Made by a program: the position numbers and the translations under genes. A DNA stretch of 63,966 bases, counting the filler, from Stramenopiles sp. TOSAG23-6 (taxonomy: Eukaryota): NCBI GenBank assembly GCA_900128565.1. It is 3 parts of 3 records of this genome, joined end to end, with 100 filler letters (N's around TTAATTAATTAA, not from the genome) between each part and the next. Parts side by side here need not be neighbours in the genome. Positions count along the whole stretch, not along the records: positions 43,642 to 63,966 come from LT636038.1; 2 more parts are not named here. One strand, 5' to 3'. The notes under the pieces are model-generated. The model was not told where the DNA came from. It worked only from the letters and a program-made list of their open reading frames with translations, and ran no database searches. Shown here in pieces: positions 54,901 through 63,966 of the stretch (position 1 is the stretch's first letter; the number at the start of each line of letters is the position of its first letter).

Positions 54901-57900
54901 TGATGTTGGTTTTAGCGAAATTTGAAGCACTGCGGTTGACCCTGTAGTGCCTTCACATAATTTCTGTGTATTCCGAGCAGGAAACCACGTTCCACTATCA
55001 CCATTTATTTCGGTAGCACAATCCTGGCTTGTACGACCAAGAATTCCTGTTGTTGACCAATCGCCACCAATAGCCGTACATTTAGACTTTGTGTTTGCCT
55101 CGTTGCTTACTGAACCTTGAGCAGTTGTACATGTACCTTTGACACAAATAGGATGCTTAATATTAGCGCCACCTGAAATGGCGCAACGTCCAAGTGGCTC
55201 CGATGAGACACCAAACTCGGTCCATACACCAGCTTCTGCTACACCACCTGGATTTTCACAATTTTCTTTCGTTGTACGAGCCTCATACCAAACACCAGCT
55301 GGATTTCCAGATTTACATGAATTTTCATCCGCTCGATTAGTCAAAACACCAAAAGGAGACTGTTGTTGGATACATGTATTCTTTATAATGTTTACTTTAC
55401 TTGCAATGCTCGAAGAATTAGGATCTGTTTGTAATATACAAGCCGATGAAAAGGGATAATCACATGGAAATTGTTGATATCCCCCTTCACAGTAAAAGCC
55501 AGCAGGGCATCGAGTTGGAGTTTTTAATCCTGGTGGGCAAAGCCAACTGGTCTCATTATTTATCAACCGATCATCAGGATTGACTGCACTAAATACACAG
55601 GATGATTTGCTTGATGCATCAAAGCAGTAATATGCCTCGGGGCATAGTGACGCAGAGAAGGTTCCTGGTGGACAATACTGTGCGGCACCTTCTACGCTTG
55701 TACACATAATAGATTCCCGAGAATTAGGACAAAAATTTCCAGCACTGCAAACGGTATATGTTTTACTACTTCCTGGGCAATAATATGACGTTGGGTTTTC
55801 CCATGTCCCTGCTTGTTGTATTGTCACCGATAGAACTGCAGTTGTACCAGTTGTAGTTGCTTTTGGGTTGGCTGTAGGTGGCGATGAACAGTTTTGCTCC
55901 GCCGTATCTATGGTAACATTAATGATGGACCCATCTGCGCGAACTGTGTAATTCGCAGTGGGAAATTCTGCACAACTGCCCTGAAATTCAATCAATCCAT
56001 CAGTGTACCCCGAACCGCTATTCACTACCCCGACTGATATGGTCGTGATACATTCATCCCTAGTCGTCCGTGGTTTGTACCAAGTAGTCGTCGCATCTGA
56101 TACACAATTTGTTGCAGTAACTGGAACCGCAGAACCGGTGTCAGTTTTCACACACACACCATTGGTGACATTTATTCCATTTACAACACATGTACCAAGT
56201 GGTTCAGTCATGTCTTTAGTTCTTTTCCATGTATTAGCACAAGTTGCCTTTTCTTCGGTTCCTGCATACCACTTTCCAATCTCGCCGTTTTTATTTGTTT
56301 CACAGTCTGTCTTATTGAAGCGGCCTAACAGAACATCGTCCGTAGACGCCCATGTACAGCTGTTGCTTGTACAACCAGATTCGGTGTTTTGTAAACTACA
56401 CCCAGATGCTCCAACACATGAATGTTTGACACATGTATCTTTCACAACATTGATGGTCCCCAGCAAACACGAGCTTGAAAATGGGTAATCGCATGGGAAA
56501 CTATGAACGCCCTCTTCACAATAAAAACCAGATTTACACCGAGTTGGAGTACTAGTGCCCTCAGGACATAACCAACTTATATCTCCATTGATAAGTGCAG
56601 CCACTGGATTTTGCTCATCATAGACACAAGATACTGGTAACTCTCCATTGACACAAAAATGTTTTTCTGGGCAAGTTGTTACAATATACCCTTCACTGCA
56701 ATATGACCCATCAGGACATATAGTTGGTGATTTACTTTTAGGAGGGCATTTCCATGTTTTTTCGGCGCTTTCTAATTGTGCATCTGGAGCAGCATCGTTC
56801 CATATACAAGATCGTTGTACAGATGAATCTGGACAGTAGTTTCCCTGCTCGCAGTCTTTCACGTCAAAAGAACCAACTGGACAAAAGGACCCATCATTTT
56901 GGCATTGAACCTGTTGGCGACTATTTGGACAACTATTTGTAGAAGCACATGTTATTGGAGACCCACTTCCTTTAGGACAATACCAAGCAGTGTATTCCCA
57001 TATACCACCGCTTGTATCACAGTCAGATTTTGTTTTCGGTTCAGTCACAACACCAGACTTGTAGCACTTTCCTTTAGGATATTCCGAATCCGGTGTCTCT
57101 AATTCGGTCCATTGACCGGCAGCCTTCAACCCGGGCGCACAACAAATTGCACCATCAGCGAAATCTTCTGCTACACATGAGTCTTTCCCACATGTTGTAC
57201 CCTTTGGGGATTTTCTAAGTGCATCTGAACATGTCCATGTCTCAATTGACTCACAAAGTTGACCATTCTTTTGACAACAATTTCCAGCTATAGTGAAATC
57301 AGCGGCAACACAAGGATTTCCAGCACAAATTGGAAACCCTGTCGAAACTATCTCAAGATCAGCAGCATCACAAGATCCAATACCCAAAGAAATTCCAGCC
57401 GCACAAGTTTGCGGGGGTGGATTTCTACAACATTTTTTACTTGCATCACCAAAGTCGATATTTGCTGAGCATTCCGAACCTGAGCATCGGGTACCAACAA
57501 GTGCACTGACCGCAGGGCTTAAACATGAGACAGTAACGCTGTTTTGCAACTGCTCCAATACAAAACTTTCACAAGTTTGATGAGTGCTCGGAGCCTCACA
57601 ACAAGTTGTATTAGCATCACCAAAATCGGTTGTCTTGCAATAACCATTACAGTATGTACCTGCAGGAGCAATTGAAGCACCACTTGAGCATGATATAGTT
57701 ATTGAAGGGGTAAGAGATGCTTGAGCAGTAACATAGTCACTACAAAGTTGACCCCTGGCTTCGCAAGCTGCTTGAGTTGATCGCCCTTTAATCCACACAC
57801 CCTTTGGTGTAGCACTCTCGCACGCAGATTGTGTGGTATGGGCTAATATAGTTCCTATATCATTCCACGTGCACCCGTCTGCAGCTTTACATGAGTTGGA

Positions 57901-60900
57901 GTTACCTGAAAGCATAGCACACTCATCAGAGCCACTACACCCAATATCTGCAATACAACTACCTTTTACAACATTGACTCCGTCAATATCACAAGCATTT
58001 GCATAAGGAAAGTCGCATCCATATTTGAGTCTCCCAGATTTGCAATAAAATCCAGCAGGACACTGAGTTGGTAACGAACTTTCCACGGGGCATAACCATG
58101 CTGTGTTTTCGTCGATGAGACGATTATCTGGATTATTATTATTATACACACATGAAGAAAATTGGGTTGCTTTTGCAGGACAGTAGTTTCCTGCAGGACA
58201 TGAAGTACATGAAAAACGTGCTTTTTGTGAGTTATACCTACCAGCTGGACAGTCAACACACTCATCTGTTCCTCTACACATATCCATCCATGTACATGAA
58301 TATGCCGAAGTTCTACACTCAGTTGGGGATGTAATGTTGGCACATATTGATCCACCAATACATTTGGCAGAACTTGAAGTGAGCCACGAACACTCAGAAT
58401 TGTTCGCTGCACACTCAGTTTTATCAAAACCAGCACAATCTGTGGTTGGATTAATCGCTTCCCAGGTACCAGTACACATAGCTTCCGTAACACTTGTAGC
58501 AGAATTGCTACAATCCCCTAAAGGTTCGCAACCATGCCATGTGCATCCTGCTTGGGCATCACAAGCTGTCTCTGCAAGTTTATAACATGAATTATTTTGA
58601 TACGTCCCAGGAGGACAAATGGTGACAGAATCAGAATCGCTATCCCCACTACCGCCTCTACTATTAGTTGCAGAAACTTTAACTTCATAATTTGTTGGGT
58701 TTGTTATTGCGGCATTAGGATATGAATAAGTATAACTATGTATTTCATTAAGTCCTGCCTTCCATTCACACCGTCGGACACCTGTATATGTACATCGATA
58801 ATTTCCACCGCCACATGTTTCAGACGTCTGCGTTTCACAATTTGCAAGATCTGTTGCAAGACACTCGTTATCAGTATCATTCCAAGTACATACAATGCTA
58901 TCACTAGCTGAATGGCAATATTGTTTTGTGAGTAGTTTCTTACATTCATTTGCATCTGTCGCGTGACATGCAGAGGTTCCACAAGAGTCCTCTCCATGTA
59001 CTGCACACGATTGTGTTTTGACCTCATTACATCGGGTGGTTTCCTCGCCGGTTGATGGTGTCCATGTACATGTCCCACTTGTTTGTTCCTTCGCGGTACA
59101 GGTGCCATCATCATTCCATTTACACTGCGCACCATTATTAGTAAAAGCTAAGCACTCGGATGAACTTTGTAGAAGGCTACAATTTTCTTTGTCTATTGGC
59201 GAACACGTATCTTCACATACTCTAAAAGCATCGGAGGTTTTAGTGGTTTGTACAACAGCTCCATTTACACTGATTTTTACTTCAGAAATAGAGGATCCAT
59301 TTGTACTAGAACAACGCCATGATATTCTTAAACTAGAACTTTGCGAATTTATAAATACGCGTACTTCTCGAGGAATTTCAGGTGGACCAGCAGAGACGTT
59401 AATTTCTCTTATCTTAGAAAATGTAGACCAACCAACATAATTTAGAAGACGCATTCGAGCGTGAAGTTGCACATTCTTTGGAATATCTTGAATAATTGCC
59501 AAGTCTGAAATCCCAGTTATCCATGATGCTCCTGTAGTTGGGTGAGCTGACATAAATTTTGTTGTTGGGACAGCCTCACCCCCCCATAGAATTTGAAATT
59601 CATGATTTATAGGATCGCGCGATACATCATGTGCCTTTCCAATCTTTGTATACAATTCAGTGGAAGCAGGTACAGCAATACTCGGAGTAAAAGTACTAAA
59701 AAAAGTATTACTATCCACTTCAGTGATAGTACCGTCAGAAGGAACTGAACCAATTAAAGTATACGTGTTACCTTGTTTTTTGTAAATTTTTGTATTACGA
59801 CCTAAAATTGGGATTAGTGAGAAAGTAGATGTTATCTGGATCTGATTAGTAGAAACAACAACGGCACTGGCTGTAGAACCAATCTTAAAGTAAACATTGC
59901 TTACCGAAAAATCGCTTCCGTAACTTGGTGGAGATTTTAATACAGCCAGATTTTCGGCTTGAGCCAAAACGTTAATATCCTGAGATCCCGACGCAGCAGG
60001 GTTATTACTCCAATACGGTGGTGATCGACTTGACGTATTTTGAGAATAGAAAGATCGTGTGGAGCATAAGCCCGTCGCATCTGAATATGAGCAAGAATCT
60101 CCAAGTGTTTCACAAGCAGCTTTTATTTCATTGCTACTTAAGAAATTGGAATTTTCACAAGTACTCATACATGTACCATCAGTAACTATAGATGGTTTCG
60201 TCAAATTAGGCATCCATCGACTTGCATCAGCATTCATTATTGTTCCCCCCACAGATTGACAAATTGAATCGGGTATGTTTACATATCTGTACTTCAGATT
60301 ACAGTGTTTTGATTTGCATTCCTCTTCAGTTGTCGAGTAATCGTGTTGTAAGCAATGATTCTCTTTTTTAACGTCATCACTCACCCCAAATGAAGATCCG
60401 GCACCCAACTGTATCTGAATTGCATTATATATTGACGTGGAATAAATAGTAGATTTTTTGCTATTTTGTACTAAGACATCCCCAACAGAAAATAATTCTT
60501 TATCCATGCCATACACTACCTTCAAATCGCTTCTCCAGGTACAATTATTATTGCCATTATTGCAAGATGTCTCAGATGTTTCTTTTGAGCAAGGATCATG
60601 AAGTTTTTCCCACATTTTAGATATTGTATAATTGGATCCAGTAGGGACTGTATTTAGTTCTGTCGCTAATGTCGCTTGGAGAGTAACATCTCCTGTTGCG
60701 GATACATTTTTTTTGAATTGGCTTATAATCGAAGTGTCTGTCGTTCCTGTAATACTAATTTTATCCCCAATATAAAATCCATCAACCTGCATCGTTTCCG
60801 TCCAAATATGTGTTCCACCGCATTGTGCCTTTTCATCCACCGCAACATGATTTCCGGAAGAATCTTTGCATTCACCAAATGCTAGATTTAATATTGTCTT

Positions 60901-63900
60901 AGAACTACCTGGCTGTATTTTCCCTCCAGGATATGCCCCCTTTACATTATTTATTTCCTTGGACATGTTCAATCGAATGTGATACTTTCTTCCTGGAAGG
61001 ATATTGTAATCCTTTTTTTGACTTTTCACCAACTCATTTTTTTGCTGCGTTAAAAGTAGTATCCTTTGCAACATTGATTGCTTCATACACAAATTCTTGA
61101 TTAGCTGCATCAGTCGGTAGTGCAACAAGAGAGTAGGTAACTACTGCATAATCATCTGAGTGAGGAAAATCATTTATGTGATTAACTGTCGAAGGTTTTT
61201 GTTGGTTTGCGCCATTGCTTACCATGTTCGAAGTGTCAAATTTTTCCTTCGAAGTGGGATTTACGTATACTGTGTTGCCGGATTTGTAAAACACAACACC
61301 AGTTGCACCACTTCCAGTCTGAGATAAAATATCATGATTTTTAAATTGAATGGATGTGAATTCCAATACTACAATTCCCCAAGCATCAATTGTGACATCG
61401 GAATGGAATGGTATTTTGCCCATCCCATGTGATACTATCGTCCAAGTACCTCGTCCGTTGGCAACTTCACATGACTCTACGTCTGGCCTAGCATAACTCC
61501 ATGTTCCTTTGAGAACGTAATCTTGATTCTCACATTCATCCTTTGAATATCTGTCTGAGATTGTGTCGTGTCGATTATACCATGTTCCATCTTCTGCGTC
61601 ACATGCTGTTTTATTTCCCACTGTCACAACCGATGTTCCACCTGAAGACACACATGTATCAGCTGAAACAATGCAAATATCTCTAATTGCATTATATGGT
61701 GAGCCACCATCTGCTGCAGTGACAGTGCACTCATAATGAGCCCCACATCGGGTATCTTGAATGGGCGAGGATGTCTGGCAGTTATTTCCACTAAATCCCA
61801 ATGCACATGAACACTTTGAACAAACATTATTATTAATATTTCCTGTACAAAGACCATTTCCACAGCAAAGTCTATTTGCCGGACATATTTGAGTTTCACA
61901 ATTATTATCTTTAGAATAATCTTCCACGCCATCTCCATCAATGTCCAAACAATCACAACCTTTAGGCTCTCCAAGTGTAATAGAAGAACCAATGTTCATG
62001 ACCGGAATGCATATTTTAGGACTCGTGTGGCATTTCAATCCAACAGCACAATCTGTATGACCATTTGGGCATGCACTACCTAGAGTTTTTTTGCATGTTT
62101 TAGACTCGTCGCATTCTAACCCGTTTGCACATGTATATCCATCTAATGAGCAATCAAACCCAAGCTGGCCAACACATGAATGATAATCATTAGAAAGTGT
62201 GTAACCATTTATACAAGTGCAAGTATATCCCTTCTGGGATTCTTCTGTGCATGAACCAGCACAATTTAAATGACGGTATCGTCTATCAGTATTGTATGAA
62301 CATATACCTTGTCCAGCAATTTCTAATTGTTCTAATGTAATACCTGGGGGGCAAGACAAGCATTTAGATGACGAGCCGTCATTATCAGTACATGTCAAAC
62401 AGCTTGCATGGCATTGTTTTGGTGCAGCATGTTCTGTACACTCATTCACAGCTGTAGTAGCCGGATATGTCCTTGACGTTTTTTGGAAGGTTATTGTCCC
62501 GCTACTTTGATAGTATCCTGTATAAGCTTCACACCATGGCTTTTGATACACCGTACTATCAGCACGGTCTTTCATATTTGCTCCTAATTTTCGATATCTG
62601 CACTTTCCACCTCTCACGTCAAAGGCAACACACTGGTTCACTGAGTTACAATGATCGATACATGAAGTTACGTCTGATGAATTTATGGTGTGTGTGGTCA
62701 AAAGCAGACTAGTGTAACTTTTATTATCTAATTTCGTATAATTTGTTTCTCCAAATGAGCCAGTATGTACAATCCCATTATTACACTCGAGAGGGACACA
62801 CTTATATCCATGTGGACTAGATGCAGTAGGAGTAAAATCGTTTGGCATATGTGTCCCGGATGGGCAATTCGTGCACGCCTGAGACCCAGGAGCCGACCAT
62901 GAGTGATCTGGACAATTATGACACGTCCTATCATCTGAAGACCATTTAGTCTTTGTGGGACACAAAGGACATGCCGCAGAATGTCCAACTAGGGAATATT
63001 TTCCTTCTCCACATTGAGTGCATGCTGTTGTAGGGTCGTGGTCTGAGTCAGTGTAACCAGCTGAGCATTGTGTACATTGTGTAGCACCTAATGGTAAATC
63101 TACATAACTCCCTTTGGGGCAGTCTTGGCAGCTAGTAGCTAATGTCACTGGGTTATATTTTCCTTTTGCACACTCAGAACAAGCATTGGATCCTGATTGA
63201 CCTGGTTTAGATGCAATCTTCCCTGCTGTACAAAGGGTACATGGCGTCCTTGATGAATTTTCCATGTTAGTAGAGTCATCGTCTGCGTATCCTATTGGAC
63301 ATGGATTGCATGATAATGCAGAGCTTTCTGTTTCGGGCATTGGGAGTGTAAAAAAAAGATGACTGGTGTTGTCATCCTCCATTGTTGAAAACTTTTCTTC
63401 AAGAGTTACCTCGCGGATTTCTTCGTTGTATGCAGTGATTTTCCGAGTTTCGCCCGAAGAAGTTTGTCTCAATAATGTGTTTACAAGCGAACCACCTACA
63501 GTTGGAGAACTTGGAAGTATAAAACGGCGTTTGGTTACTTTGGTTAACTTTTGAGTTGTACCAGTAGGAAGACGGCCAGTCTCATGACCATGAGGACATG
63601 TTATACACTCTGTCTGTGGGTTGCTATCATGATCGTATGTACCAAGTTCACATGGAGTACACATCGTTTTGCTTGCATTTAGGTAACTACCAGCGGGACA
63701 AACTTTGCAACCAATCGTATCAACCCAATTTTTATTATTACCACAAGTTAGACGAGCTGCATTTCGTTTTAGGGATATATTAGTTAAAGAAACTTTCCCA
63801 ACATCAACAATATGATATGGCGTTGTTTCTTTAGTGTGAAATTTATTACTATTCCACTCAGCAGAATTTTGTTTCGTCACGGTTGGGCTTTTACCTAGAT

Positions 63901-63966
63901 ATATAAGTTTCATTTGCGAGAAATGTGCTCCATGGTGAAACATTGCGGCTGGCATTACATCCGTAA
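48951..63966 (-). CDS. Giant (~5000 aa) Cys-rich multi-pass receptor-like protein with GCC2/3-like, EGF, PAN-like and FN3-like ectodomain, EF-hands, TM bundle, WW and PDZ domains; 5' end uncertain; introns 54788-54878 and 52401-52517; frameshift near 61040
   Basis: Four consecutive minus-strand ORFs. CPxGxYC repeats; DKDNSGTVSKIE and DVDGDGVVTYSEW; YE..YWWFE..ELLRK; two WW motifs; PDZ-like G....INGKDV. Confidence 0.85.
52401..52517 (-). other. Canonical GT-AG intron, 117 nt
   Basis: agt|GTACGT...TCTAAC...TTACAG|atg. Confidence 0.9.
54788..54878 (-). mobile_element. Introner, GT...AT, 91 nt
   Basis: gat t|gt ggt act ggt tat restores a GTGYT motif that recurs elsewhere in the protein. Confidence 0.9.

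Noticed and set aside
1-63966. Alternative genetic code or prokaryotic/viral origin
   Set aside because: Conserved genes translate fully with the standard code, have spliceosomal introns and are eukaryote-specific (CDC20, MKS1, RPS15A).

Overview
Gene-dense, AT-rich nuclear DNA from a flagellated protist. The MKS1, calflagin and BART genes and the TTAGGG motifs fit this; a stramenopile single-cell or metagenome assembly is my inference. The window joins three contigs with artificial N-TTAATTAATTAA-N linkers: about 1-21727, 21828-43541 and 43642-63966. It holds about 25 protein genes, including DIM1, RNase HII, RPS15A, D-amino acid transaminase, MKS1, MOSC, MOB4, PAPD5, CDC20, frataxin, an Asteroid-like PIN protein, a nucleoside hydrolase, FadE, NnrU and a giant Cys-rich receptor of about 5000 aa. 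The middle contig has an exact 5.6-kb terminal inverted duplication that is probably an artefact. The main discovery is a family of repeated ~90-135 nt introner-like insertions, consensus GTAYGTTTTATTTTTTTTCAAATTCGA..TTCGTACGAAATTTTGTACCTAAC..TTTGAAATATTTTTCCAAAATACAT. They have a GT donor and a CTAAC branch point but end in AT instead of AG. Removing them as GT...AT restores reading frames and conserved motifs exactly (e.g. FadE ITVEGAN|ILTRSL), whereas the nearest AG usually gives a stop or frameshift. This points to mobile, non-canonical GT-AT introns, apparently MITE-like with an AT target-site duplication, living alongside ordinary GT-AG introns.
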